This document shows positions 45,786 through 55,056 of a stretch of 64,000 bases of DNA, in pieces (position 1 is the first letter of the stretch; each line of letters opens with the position of its first letter). Below the pieces are notes generated by a model, which was not told where the DNA came from, did not search any database, and saw nothing but the letters and a program-made list of their open reading frames with translations. Made by a program: the position numbers and the translations under genes. The stretch is taken from contig REDV01000070.1 of the NCBI GenBank assembly GCA_007695365.1, forward strand, positions 13,546-77,545, read 5' to 3'. The DNA is from Cryomorphaceae bacterium. Its GTDB lineage: Bacteria > Bacteroidota > Bacteroidia > Flavobacteriales_D > SKUL01.

Positions 45786-46739
45786 TTAGAATTGCTCCAG
45801 AACCTGAATTCGCCTGTCAATAGGGGGATGAGTGGCGAACCAGCTTGTGAGGTTGAGCGAAAACTCCTTGCTGTCTTTTTGAGGCTCGTTTTCTATGAAA
45901 AGTTGTTTCACATCATCGTTCACGTCGAGTTGATGATTGCCGGAAATTTTTCGCAAAGCACTGGCCAATGCCCTCGGATTCTTTGTCATGTCAGCAGCTC
46001 CGGCATCGGCCATATATTCTCTTTTTCGTGACAAGCCAAATTTGAAAATCAGTGAGAGGAAGTAGGCAATCAAAGCAATGACCAGTGCTATGATCATAGC
46101 CTTACCAGCGTCCTTGCTGCGTCTTCCACCCATGCTTCCATAAAAGAAGCTCCTCAGCGCAATCTGAACGGCAAATGAGAAAATCCCAACGAATATGATT
46201 GAAATGATGAGCAACCTTACATCGTGGTTTCTGATGTGCATCAATTCGTGTGCAATAACGCCCTCCAACTCCTCGTCGTTCAGCTTATCGATAATTCCCC
46301 TGGTGAGGGTAACAGTGTAGGTTTTTTGATTGATACCACTGGCAAAAGCGTTCAGAGCCGGGCTCTCAATGATGTTCAGTTTGGGCATGGCCATACCCTG
46401 ACTCATACAGAGATTCTCACAAAGGTTGTACACTCGCATGTTTTCCTTTCGGCTTAGCGTTTTGGCTCCTGTTGCTGCCCGGATCATTGAAGTGTTGGCG
46501 AAATAGGCAATGAGAAACCAGATCAGCACAACGGCGGTAATAGCAGGTAATGCGTTTACAAACAAATCAGTAGCTGAGGATACCGGGTCTGCCATTTGCG
46601 GTTCTTCCGTCCAGCCTGCCAACAGGAAAAAAAAGACCCAAACAGCGGCAAAGATGAGCAGCGGAAAAGCCATCAGATAGATGGCCGATAGCCGATTGTT
46701 TCGCGCAATTTGCGTGTGAATACCCGTATATGCAGCCAT
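45786..46739 (-). CDS. M48 family zinc metalloprotease (HtpX-like), LemA-associated
   Basis: HELMHIRNHD (HExxH) and 4 TM segments. The track start at 46742 is TTG; the adjacent ATG 46739 is used here. Confidence 0.85.
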   Translation of the reverse strand: MAAYTGIHTQIARNNRLSAIYLMAFPLLIFAAVWVFFFLLAGWTEEPQMADPVSSATDLFVNALPAITAVVLIWFLIAYFANTSMIRAATGAKTLSRKENMRVYNLCENLCMSQGMAMPKLNIIESPALNAFASGINQKTYTVTLTRGIIDKLNDEELEGVIAHELMHIRNHDVRLLIISIIFVGIFSFAVQIALRSFFYGSMGGRRSKDAGKAMIIALVIALIAYFLSLIFKFGLSRKREYMADAGAADMTKNPRALASALRKISGNHQLDVNDDVKQLFIENEPQKDSKEFSLNLTSWFATHPPIDRRIQVLEQF

Positions 46740-46744
46740 CAAAA

Positions 46745-47296
46745 TCAGAATTTAATCTCGGGCGCCTGGTCAAGTCTTTCGCGGTCAGCACCTACATCGA
46801 ACATAGGCTGGGTTTTAAAACCAAATGGGCCAGCCAACAGGTTGTTCGGGAAGGTCTGAATGGCGGTATTGAGCTCGCGTGTAGCCGAATTGAAAAAGCG
46901 TCTTACCGCTGCCAGCTTGTTCTCAATATCAGATATTTCGCCCTGAAGCTGCATAAAATTCTGGTTGGCTTTCAGGTCAGGATAAGCCTCAACCTGTATA
47001 TTTAATCCACCCAAAGCCTGGGTTAACTCATTTTCGGCCTGTATTTTATCATTGATTCCGCTGGCATTGATGGCTCTCGATCTCGCTGCAGTAATTTTGG
47101 TCAGTACGCCTTCTTCGTGCTGCATGTAGCCCTTTACGGCGTTTACCAATTGTGGAATCAAATCGTGCCGCTGCTTAAGTTGCACATCAATGTCGGCAAA
47201 AGCATTTTCTCGTCTAAGACGAAGTTTTACAAGTCGGTTATAGATACTTACAATCCAAATAACCAGAATGATAACAATTCCAATTGCGATTAACAT
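46745..47296 (-). CDS. lemA: LemA family protein
   Basis: N-terminal TM, then YNRLVKLR..ENAFADIDVQLKQRHDLIPQLV... Confidence 0.9.
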   Translation of the reverse strand: MLIAIGIVIILVIWIVSIYNRLVKLRLRRENAFADIDVQLKQRHDLIPQLVNAVKGYMQHEEGVLTKITAARSRAINASGINDKIQAENELTQALGGLNIQVEAYPDLKANQNFMQLQGEISDIENKLAAVRRFFNSATRELNTAIQTFPNNLLAGPFGFKTQPMFDVGADRERLDQAPEIKF

Positions 47297-47319
47297 AACA
47301 GTTGTAGATTAGGTGGCTG

Positions 47320-47327
47320 CAAATGTA
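47320..47327 (-). promoter_or_regulatory. -7 promoter box (CAAATGTA = rc TACATTTG)
   Basis: Perfect motif 24 nt upstream of the lemA ATG. Confidence 0.45.
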
Positions 47328-47633
47328 CCAAAACCGACACACCCCAAGGCTTCGTTATGAAAGTTTAACCAGAGCGACGCGATTAAACAAAGTCTTGATT
47401 GTTAGGTTTTGATCCAATGCCATCTGCATATACTTGAATGGGTTACATAGCCCGTACATGAATGTTGCGCCAATCGGTATTCTGTTGGTTTTTGTTTGTC
47501 GTTGAAAGGAGCCTTTCAGTGGATGAATAGATGTGCTTTGGCGAACATTTTACCGCATACATAAACCTTTCAGTACCTTTATTGTAACAAGTAGAACTGA
47601 CCAGATCTCCTTTTTTCTTAATCATTACCAGCC

Positions 47634-50600
47634 ATGAAGAAGACCCTAACTCTTTTAACCTTGTTTTTATCTGTGCAAGTTATTCTTGCGCAGGGATTTT
47701 TAGATATCGTTGATATGGGCGGCCAACTGGACTACGTCCGGCTACCTGCAACAAACCTTTTTGATGAAGTTGAAACCATAACGGAGAATCACCCGGATTA
47801 CAGGGGTGTTTTAAGCAGGGGCATTGTGCTGAGCCCTCGCAATGAGGACATTCAAAGCATATTGTCATCTCAGGCCGGCCGTGTTAAAATGAATGTTCCT
47901 ACCCCGGAGGGAAGTATGGAGCTGTGGCTGGTGCCATCGCCGTCTGTTGGAGGAAACCTGCCGTTGATTGCTGCATCAAGGAGAGATTATCCGATTCAGG
48001 ACTATAAGGGCAAGTGGTTCTGGGGTGTGGTAAAAGATGCGCCCGGCTCCTTTGTGTCAGTATCTATTGGTGAAGATGAGGTAATGGTTTTTATCTCCTT
48101 CTCTGATCGGGATTTTACACTGGCTAAATTGGGAGAATCTGAGAATTACGTTGTCTATCGAAACAGTGATCTATTGGTAAACAATGAATTAGGCTGTGCT
48201 GTAGATGAAGAGGTTCATTTACGGGGTAAGCTCCGAAATGAAATACAAGGAGGCGCAAGGGATGCCAGTAACTGTGTGAATCAGTACGTTGAGGTAAACC
48301 ATAACGTGTTTCTTGACAAAGGCTCACTGTCTTCCACTGCCGATTACATTCTAGGGCTTTTCAATCAGGTGGGTATATTGTATGCCAATGAACTCATCAA
48401 TTTTACAGTCTCTGAGTTGATCATTTGGGATGTACCGAGCCCATATTCCGGTCCGGGCGCAAGTCAGTTTTTGAATCAATTCACAAATGAACTGAACGGG
48501 GTTTTTAACGGTGATTACGCGCATCTTGTGGGCTATGGCGGAGGAGGCGGAGTTGCATACCTCGACGTTGTATGTAGTAACAAATTCTGGCGAACAGCTT
48601 ACAGCGGAATTGGTAGCACGTATCAAAATGTTCCGACTTACAGTTGGTCTGTCATGGTTGTGACGCATGAACTTGGTCACAACCTCGGCTCACCTCACAC
48701 CCATAGTTGTTCGTGGAATGGATCAGGAAACCCGGCCATTGATGGCTGTGGACCTGCGGCTGGCTTTTCGGAGGGCTGTGAAGGTCCCATTCCGTCCAAT
48801 GGCGGCACTGTTATGAGTTACTGTCACCTCATCGGCGGTGTAGGAATAAATCTCTCGAATGGTTTTGGGCTACAGCCTGGTGACCTGATTCGTAGTCGCG
48901 TGCACAATGCGGTTTGCCTTGGTGATTGTACGCCTTTTCAGGCTTGTAAGCCTTTACTGGAGTACGAATTGATTGCAGATTGCGAAGCTGAAGATTTTCA
49001 GATCATGCTGACCATTCAGGATGGCGCAGATCCTGAAAATTACAACATTTTCGCCTCGGTAAACGGCGCTCCGGAGGTGCAGGTAGCCACCAACCAACCG
49101 GCAGGTATTTACACTTTTGGGATCTACGGCCAAAACGACATCATTGATTTAACGGTGGAAGTGGTGGGCAATTCTGACTGCGATGAAGAGATAAACGGCA
49201 TTTCATTGATGGGCGAAAACAGCCCATTGGGATGCACTGACCCAGCGGCTTGTAATTATGATCCCAACGCAACCTGCAATGATGGTAGTTGTATTTTCAA
49301 TGACCCGGTTACTGTGCTTTTTACTACCGACTGTTGGGGAGAAGAAAGTTCATGGGAGATAACGGATAGCACCGGTGCCAGTGTATTCAGCGTGCAGGAA
49401 GGAGCCTACGCATCACTCCAAACCTACACCACTGAGGTGTGTTTGAGTGAAGGGTGCTACACACTTATTGTGTCGGACGGTTTTGGTGATGGACTTTTTG
49501 GATCGCAATACGGGTCATGTTCAGTAGATGGGGATTTTGCAGTATTCAGTGCCAGCGGTGATACCCTGGTAAAAATGCTTACGCCTGATTTCGGGTTTGA
49601 AGTTTCTTTTCCATTCTGCCTGGTGGAAGAAGAAGTTTCTGAATGTGTTGTATCTCCTGTTTTGTCGTCGGTTACGCCAGCTACCATCCCGTGTGCGGGC
49701 GGCGTTGAGCTCCAGATAGAAGGGGCCAATTTTTGTGATTTGATCAGTGTGAGCATAGGGGGCCAAAACGCGGAAATAATTTCTTCCAGCCAGACTTCTG
49801 TTTGGGTTACTGCACCTGCCGGAAGTGGCGTGGGTTTGGATGTAATCGTTACCACTCAGCAAGGAGTAAGCAACGGCCTCCCTGTGAGCTACGGTGCCCC
49901 GGTCCTTACATTGGCATCACCTCCCACGTTCCCCTGCGAAGGTGGTATTATAGTGACCCTGATAGGAACCAATTTGTGCGATGCCACCGGTGTAGCGATA
50001 GGAGGTGTGAGCGCACCCATTATCTCATCAGGTCCTACCGAAGTCAATGTCATGGTTCCTCCCGGAACAGGTACGGGGCTTCCTGTAGTGGTCACCACGC
50101 CGTCGGGTGTGTCAAATCCTTTGACTGTGGATTATGTTGCTCCTTTTTTGTTCTCGGTAACTCCGGCTGAACCAGCGTGCGAAGGCGGTTCTTTGCTCAC
50201 CCTTCAGGGTAGTAATTTTTGTAATGCATCTTCCGTAACCATTGGAGGTACCCCAGTTTCAATAACTTCAGTAACATCAACAGAAATTGTCGTGACGGCT
50301 CCCTCGGGCAGCGGTGTAGGCCTCGATGTGTTGGTGACCACCCCCTCAGGCGTGTCAAATGCAGTGGCTGTGAGCTATGCGGCGCCGGTATTGACTTCTG
50401 TCGTTCCCTCGAATATTCTTTGTGAAGGCGGAACAATGCTCACCCTTACCGGTACCAATTTCTGTGATGCTACCTCTGTAACCATCGGCGGGCAAGCCGT
50501 GACTATCAACTCGGTATCACCCACTGAAATTGAAGTAGTTTCATTGCCGGGTTCCGGGTCTGGCCTGGATGTGGTGGTGACTACTCCTTCAGGGGTTTCA

Positions 50601-53291
50601 AATTCCCTCTCTGTGAGCTATGAGGCTCCCAACCTTACATTTGTTGCGCCAACTACCATTCCTTGCGCGGGAAACATTACCATGACCTTGGTGGGAACCA
50701 ATTTTTGTGATGCAACCAGCGTAACCATCGGTGGGGTGAACGCTCCGATTATGTCGGTTGACCCAACCATGATCATTGCTACAGCACTGCCCGGAACAGG
50801 CTCAAATCTATCTGTAGTTGTAACCACTCCCTCTGGTGTATCTAATGCGCTGCTTGTAAGCTACGCCCCACCAGTGCTCAATTCTGTTACGCCTTCCGTT
50901 GTTCCATGCGAAGGAGGAGCCTCCTTAACACTTTTGGGTACTGATTTTTGCAGTGCCTCAAGTGTAACGATTGGTGGCAGTCCTGTAATGATTACTTCGG
51001 TAACACCAACAGAAATTGTCGTAACGGCTCCTTCGGGCAGCGGTGTAGACCTCGATGTGGTGGTGACCACTCCCTCAGGCGTGTCAAATGCCGTGGCTGT
51101 GAGCTATGCGGCGCCGGTATTGACTTCTGTCGTTCCCTCGAATATTCCTTGTGAAGGCGGAACAACGCTCACCCTTACCGGTACCAATTTCTGCGATGCA
51201 ACTGCGGTGACCATCGGCGGGGTAGCTGCCTCCATCAACTCCATCACCCCAACGCAAATGGAAGTCACATCTCCTCCGGGCAGCGGATTGAATTTAGACG
51301 TTGTCGTGAGCACCCCATCCGGCACATCAAACGCGGTGCAGGTTAGTTACGAAGCGCCGGGTCTGATTTTGGTTGCGCCGGCTCTCATTCCTTGTGAAGG
51401 AAATACAACCATCACCCTGATAGGAAGCAACCTATGCAATGCCACCAGCGTGACCATTGGCGGGGTGATCGCCCCTATTGTATCGGCAGATCCTACCCAG
51501 ATCGTTGCCACAACTCCTCCGGGTACCGGCACCGGTGTGGGTGTCACCGTTACCACACCATCAGGGGTATCAAACACCATTCCGGTGAACTATTCACTAC
51601 CTGTTTTGACTTCTGTCAACCCGATTGCGATTCCTTGTGAAGGTGGAGTTCCACTCACCATTCAAGGGAGTGATTTTTGTGGTGTAACAAGCGTAACAAT
51701 TGGGGGAGTGCTGACTGCGATTTCCTCGGCTACATCAACAGAGATTATCGTTACTGCTCCTGCAGGTACCGGCGAGAACCTGGATGTATTGGTCACAACA
51801 CCGTCGGGTACATCCAATGCGTTGCAGGTTGGTTATCTTCCATGTGAAGAGGAATGTGAGCTCGATTACACTTACACAACCTCCGGGGCCACCATAGGTT
51901 ACGCCAACGGTTCAGCAACCATTACTGTTACAGGTGGTCAGCCTCCGTATAGTTATCAGTGGAATGACCCCTTTATGCAAACCGGTCAGACCTTGTTTGG
52001 AGTGTTTCCCGGTACCTATCTGTGCACCGTAACCGATGCCAATAATTGCACAGATACATTCGAAGTGTTTATTGGCTTTGAGAGTAATGTGCCCACAACC
52101 CAGGTCCATCCTAATTTCTGCAACACCGGAGGCTACGCCCTTGGCGATTTTATTCAGGCCATTTCTGTTCAGAGCGCAACGGCATACCGTTGGCAATTCA
52201 GCGTGGGGGGAAACACCTTGCCTGAGTACACCCGTAACGCCTCCAACCCCTGGATGCGGTTGTCTTGGATTGACGGAATAGAACTCGATGTTACTTATGA
52301 TGTTAGAGTAAAAGCGCGGGTAAACGAAGAGTGGGGCGAATACGGAGATATCTGCACCATCACTACATCATCCGAAGTACCTCAAACTGAACTCCGGCCG
52401 GAGTACCATGTAACCAACGGCGCCGGAGATCCATACGTGATGTGTGACCTGATGATTGCCTACGCTGTTAGCGGTGCCACAGACTACCGTTGGCGCCTGG
52501 ATCCGGATTCAGACCCGAACAATGGAAATGAAATCTATTACACCCGTGGAACCGGAAATCCCTCCGTAAGGCTTTCGTGGATGGGAGGACTGCAACCCAT
52601 GCAGACCTATCAGGTGGCGGTTGAAGCCGCCATCGGAGATGCCTGGAGTGGTTTCGGAAACGTCCATAATATCACCCTTGGGCCACCCGCAATGACCCAG
52701 GTTCGCCCCAACCACTGTGGGGTCACCTATGGCTCGTTAAATACTGTAATTAGCGCGCAGAGTGTGTGTATTGCCGATTACTACGAGTTTCAATTGGTGA
52801 ATTCCTCAACCGGCATAACCAGCATGGCTACCCGACCCAACGCAGCGGTGCTCCTGAGCAGTAATGACGTGAACCCGGCTCTGACTCCCGGAACGTATAA
52901 TGCAAGTGTTCGTGTTCAGCAAGGCGGTGTGCTGGGTTCATGGGGGCCTGTTTGCACCTTTACGATTGCCTCACCCGGTCAGGAAAGCCCGATGCCTGAG
53001 GGACAGCAAGCCACCCTGCAAGCAGAAACCAATGTAACGCTCTATCCCAACCCCATGAGTGGTACAGTCATTTGGCTCGAGGCAGATGAATTACCTGACA
53101 ACCATCAGCAAGCCATTGTTCAACTCCATGATGTATATGGCAAGGTGCTGCACAGCGCAACGCTCAACTACGAGGGCAGCCGCCACACCGAAGCCATTGA
53201 GTTGGGCAGAAGTCTGGCTTCAGGAATTTACATCATGCAAATGACAGTGGATGGAAAATGGATTGCTGCTGAAAGGTTGGTTGTACAATAA
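47634..53291 (+). CDS. 1885-aa T9SS cargo: reprolysin-like (M12B) zinc metalloprotease + Cys-rich modules + 9 IPT/TIG repeats + SprB-type repeat + 3 unknown ~98-aa modules + type A sorting domain
   Basis: Signal peptide. VVTHELGHNLGSPHTHSC. CTDPAACNYDPNATCNDGSC. Nine 81-aa units. GGQPPYSYQW. C-terminal LYPNPMSG...GIYIMQM. Confidence 0.85.
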   Translation: MKKTLTLLTLFLSVQVILAQGFLDIVDMGGQLDYVRLPATNLFDEVETITENHPDYRGVLSRGIVLSPRNEDIQSILSSQAGRVKMNVPTPEGSMELWLVPSPSVGGNLPLIAASRRDYPIQDYKGKWFWGVVKDAPGSFVSVSIGEDEVMVFISFSDRDFTLAKLGESENYVVYRNSDLLVNNELGCAVDEEVHLRGKLRNEIQGGARDASNCVNQYVEVNHNVFLDKGSLSSTADYILGLFNQVGILYANELINFTVSELIIWDVPSPYSGPGASQFLNQFTNELNGVFNGDYAHLVGYGGGGGVAYLDVVCSNKFWRTAYSGIGSTYQNVPTYSWSVMVVTHELGHNLGSPHTHSCSWNGSGNPAIDGCGPAAGFSEGCEGPIPSNGGTVMSYCHLIGGVGINLSNGFGLQPGDLIRSRVHNAVCLGDCTPFQACKPLLEYELIADCEAEDFQIMLTIQDGADPENYNIFASVNGAPEVQVATNQPAGIYTFGIYGQNDIIDLTVEVVGNSDCDEEINGISLMGENSPLGCTDPAACNYDPNATCNDGSCIFNDPVTVLFTTDCWGEESSWEITDSTGASVFSVQEGAYASLQTYTTEVCLSEGCYTLIVSDGFGDGLFGSQYGSCSVDGDFAVFSASGDTLVKMLTPDFGFEVSFPFCLVEEEVSECVVSPVLSSVTPATIPCAGGVELQIEGANFCDLISVSIGGQNAEIISSSQTSVWVTAPAGSGVGLDVIVTTQQGVSNGLPVSYGAPVLTLASPPTFPCEGGIIVTLIGTNLCDATGVAIGGVSAPIISSGPTEVNVMVPPGTGTGLPVVVTTPSGVSNPLTVDYVAPFLFSVTPAEPACEGGSLLTLQGSNFCNASSVTIGGTPVSITSVTSTEIVVTAPSGSGVGLDVLVTTPSGVSNAVAVSYAAPVLTSVVPSNILCEGGTMLTLTGTNFCDATSVTIGGQAVTINSVSPTEIEVVSLPGSGSGLDVVVTTPSGVSNSLSVSYEAPNLTFVAPTTIPCAGNITMTLVGTNFCDATSVTIGGVNAPIMSVDPTMIIATALPGTGSNLSVVVTTPSGVSNALLVSYAPPVLNSVTPSVVPCEGGASLTLLGTDFCSASSVTIGGSPVMITSVTPTEIVVTAPSGSGVDLDVVVTTPSGVSNAVAVSYAAPVLTSVVPSNIPCEGGTTLTLTGTNFCDATAVTIGGVAASINSITPTQMEVTSPPGSGLNLDVVVSTPSGTSNAVQVSYEAPGLILVAPALIPCEGNTTITLIGSNLCNATSVTIGGVIAPIVSADPTQIVATTPPGTGTGVGVTVTTPSGVSNTIPVNYSLPVLTSVNPIAIPCEGGVPLTIQGSDFCGVTSVTIGGVLTAISSATSTEIIVTAPAGTGENLDVLVTTPSGTSNALQVGYLPCEEECELDYTYTTSGATIGYANGSATITVTGGQPPYSYQWNDPFMQTGQTLFGVFPGTYLCTVTDANNCTDTFEVFIGFESNVPTTQVHPNFCNTGGYALGDFIQAISVQSATAYRWQFSVGGNTLPEYTRNASNPWMRLSWIDGIELDVTYDVRVKARVNEEWGEYGDICTITTSSEVPQTELRPEYHVTNGAGDPYVMCDLMIAYAVSGATDYRWRLDPDSDPNNGNEIYYTRGTGNPSVRLSWMGGLQPMQTYQVAVEAAIGDAWSGFGNVHNITLGPPAMTQVRPNHCGVTYGSLNTVISAQSVCIADYYEFQLVNSSTGITSMATRPNAAVLLSSNDVNPALTPGTYNASVRVQQGGVLGSWGPVCTFTIASPGQESPMPEGQQATLQAETNVTLYPNPMSGTVIWLEADELPDNHQQAIVQLHDVYGKVLHSATLNYEGSRHTEAIELGRSLASGIYIMQMTVDGKWIAAERLVVQ
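49659..51842 (+). repeat. nine in-frame 243-bp tandem repeats (IPT/TIG-like domains) with a 729-bp higher-order duplication
   Basis: Unit consensus: P..(I/P)PCEGG..LTL.G(T/S)NFCDATSVTIGG....I.SV.PTEI.V..P.GSG..LDVVVTTPSGVSN...VSY.AP. Units 3-5 and 6-8 correspond with an offset of exactly 729 nt. Confidence 0.9.
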
Positions 53292-53347
53292 TGAAATAGA
53301 CCGTTCTATCTGAAATCCGATAGAGCGCCCATTTTCACAAGAGTGGT

Positions 53348-53378
53348 TCAGGGGGCAAAGTTTAACTTTGCCCCCTGA
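53348..53378 (+). terminator. 13-bp perfect GC-rich hairpin between the giant gene and bshC
   Basis: TCAGGGGGCAAAG (53348-53360), loop TTTAA, CTTTGCCCCCTGA (53366-53378). No U-tract. The last stem base is the A of the bshC ATG. Confidence 0.5.
53363..53370 (+). promoter_or_regulatory. -7 promoter box TAACTTTG embedded in the hairpin
   Basis: Perfect motif ending 7 nt before ATG 53378. This implies a leaderless or near-leaderless bshC mRNA. Confidence 0.4.
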
Positions 53379-54979
53379 TGTTTAAAGTCAAACTCTCTTA
53401 TCGCGAAACCGGAAGGTTTTCCGACCTCGTTCACGACTACCTCGAAGGACATGTAAATCTTCGTCCCTTTTATCACCGTGCACCGGACATTGAGGGCATG
53501 CTTGGACAGGCAGACGAAAAACTCAATGATTTTAAACATCGTCAGGTACTTGTTGATGCTCTTTCGTCTCAGTACACAAATACAGGTCTCCGGGTTCCCG
53601 AGTTGGTTCATCGGCTGGCGAAGAAGAATTGTGTTACGGTCACCACAGGCCACCAGCTTTGCTTGTTTTCGGGTCCGCTGTATTTTGTGTACAAAATCCT
53701 CACTACCATCAGGTTGTCGGAAGAATTAAATGCAGCTCGAAACGTTCTGGATGTGGTGCCTGTGTTCTGGATGGCATCCGAAGACCACGACTTTGACGAG
53801 GTTAATCACTGCTACGTAAACAACCAAAAGATAGAGTGGGAGAGCGGTCAGGCAGGAGCCGTGGGACGAATGAAGCTGGAAGGTATGGAAGAAGTACTCG
53901 GGGCCATGAAAGAAGCCCTCGGCGAAGCTCCTGACAGAGAAGAGGTAATGGAAATCCTGCGTCGCACTTATGGCAATTCCGGGCAGACCCTGGCTACAGC
54001 CACGCGGCAACTGGTTGCCGAACTTTTCGGACTTGAAAAGATTCTCATCATAGACGGCGATGATGCTTCACTCAAGCAACTGTTTGCTCCCCACATCGAG
54101 AAAGAAATCAACGAGCAGTTTTCATTTCGGGCTGTGAGTGCCACATCGGGCAAACTGGCAGGCCATTACAAGGTGCAGGTTCATCCTCGTGAATTGAACC
54201 TGTTTTATCTGGATCATCAGTTGCGTGAACGAATTGTAGCGACATCCGATGGATTTGAAGTGCTGCATACCGATTTAAAGTTCAGTAAAAATGAGTTGCT
54301 TGAGTTGGTGCACAATCACCCGGAGCGCTTCAGCCCGAATGTGATATTGCGGCCTTTGTACCAGGAAACGATTCTTCCGAATGTTTGCTATGTGGGAGGA
54401 GGAGGCGAACTGGCATACTGGTTTCAACTCAAAGATACTTTTCGCGCTGCCGGCTTACCCTTTCCGGTATTACTACTCAGGAACTCTTCCATGTGGGTTT
54501 CCGCAGCGGATATGAGAAACATCCGAAAACTCAACCTCGATGTTACTGACTTTTTTGGTGACTCAGAGCGATTGATACAAGCCTTCGTGCGCGAACAGGC
54601 CGACGAGGATCTGGATATGAGTTCGGAATACAATCAGTTGGAAGCTCTCTACGAGCAATTGTCATCTCTCGCAGCGTCAGTAGATCCCACCCTCGAAAAA
54701 ATGGTGATGGCCGAAGGAGCGAGAACCCACAAAGGGTTGAAATTCATCGAAAAAAGAATTATTCGCGCAGCCAAAAGAAAGAATCGTCAAACCATCGACC
54801 GCATTCAGGCGCTTTTTGATCGGTTTTTCCCGAATAACGGCCTGCAGGAGCGGCATGATAACTATTTTCAATACCACGCTCAGTACGGAAGCCCCTGGTT
54901 AGAGCAGATCTCCTCAATGTTAGAACCGCTCGAAAAAACCTTCACCATTGTCGTAGACAATCATTCGCCAAGCGAGTAA
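53378..54979 (+). CDS. bshC: bacillithiol biosynthesis cysteine-adding enzyme
   Basis: 533 aa. N-terminal pattern F..L..DY.......FY, TGHQ, FWMASEDHDFDEVNH, YVGGGGELAYW. Confidence 0.85.
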   Translation: MFKVKLSYRETGRFSDLVHDYLEGHVNLRPFYHRAPDIEGMLGQADEKLNDFKHRQVLVDALSSQYTNTGLRVPELVHRLAKKNCVTVTTGHQLCLFSGPLYFVYKILTTIRLSEELNAARNVLDVVPVFWMASEDHDFDEVNHCYVNNQKIEWESGQAGAVGRMKLEGMEEVLGAMKEALGEAPDREEVMEILRRTYGNSGQTLATATRQLVAELFGLEKILIIDGDDASLKQLFAPHIEKEINEQFSFRAVSATSGKLAGHYKVQVHPRELNLFYLDHQLRERIVATSDGFEVLHTDLKFSKNELLELVHNHPERFSPNVILRPLYQETILPNVCYVGGGGELAYWFQLKDTFRAAGLPFPVLLLRNSSMWVSAADMRNIRKLNLDVTDFFGDSERLIQAFVREQADEDLDMSSEYNQLEALYEQLSSLAASVDPTLEKMVMAEGARTHKGLKFIEKRIIRAAKRKNRQTIDRIQALFDRFFPNNGLQERHDNYFQYHAQYGSPWLEQISSMLEPLEKTFTIVVDNHSPSE

Positions 54980-55044
54980 TTTGAACGGGGAAAAAGCTGT
55001 TCAAAACTGGCGGTTTCGTGTAAGCGCCCTACCCGTAACTCTTC

Positions 55045-55052
55045 TATCTTTG
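55045..55052 (+). promoter_or_regulatory. -7 promoter box TATCTTTG
   Basis: Perfect motif ending 4 nt before ATG 55057. Confidence 0.4.
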
Positions 55053-55056
55053 CCGC

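Noticed and set aside
49659-51842. Possible CRISPR or non-coding tandem array
   Set aside because: The units are 243 bp with no unique spacers between them. They are in frame and encode an 81-aa IPT-like domain inside one long ORF.
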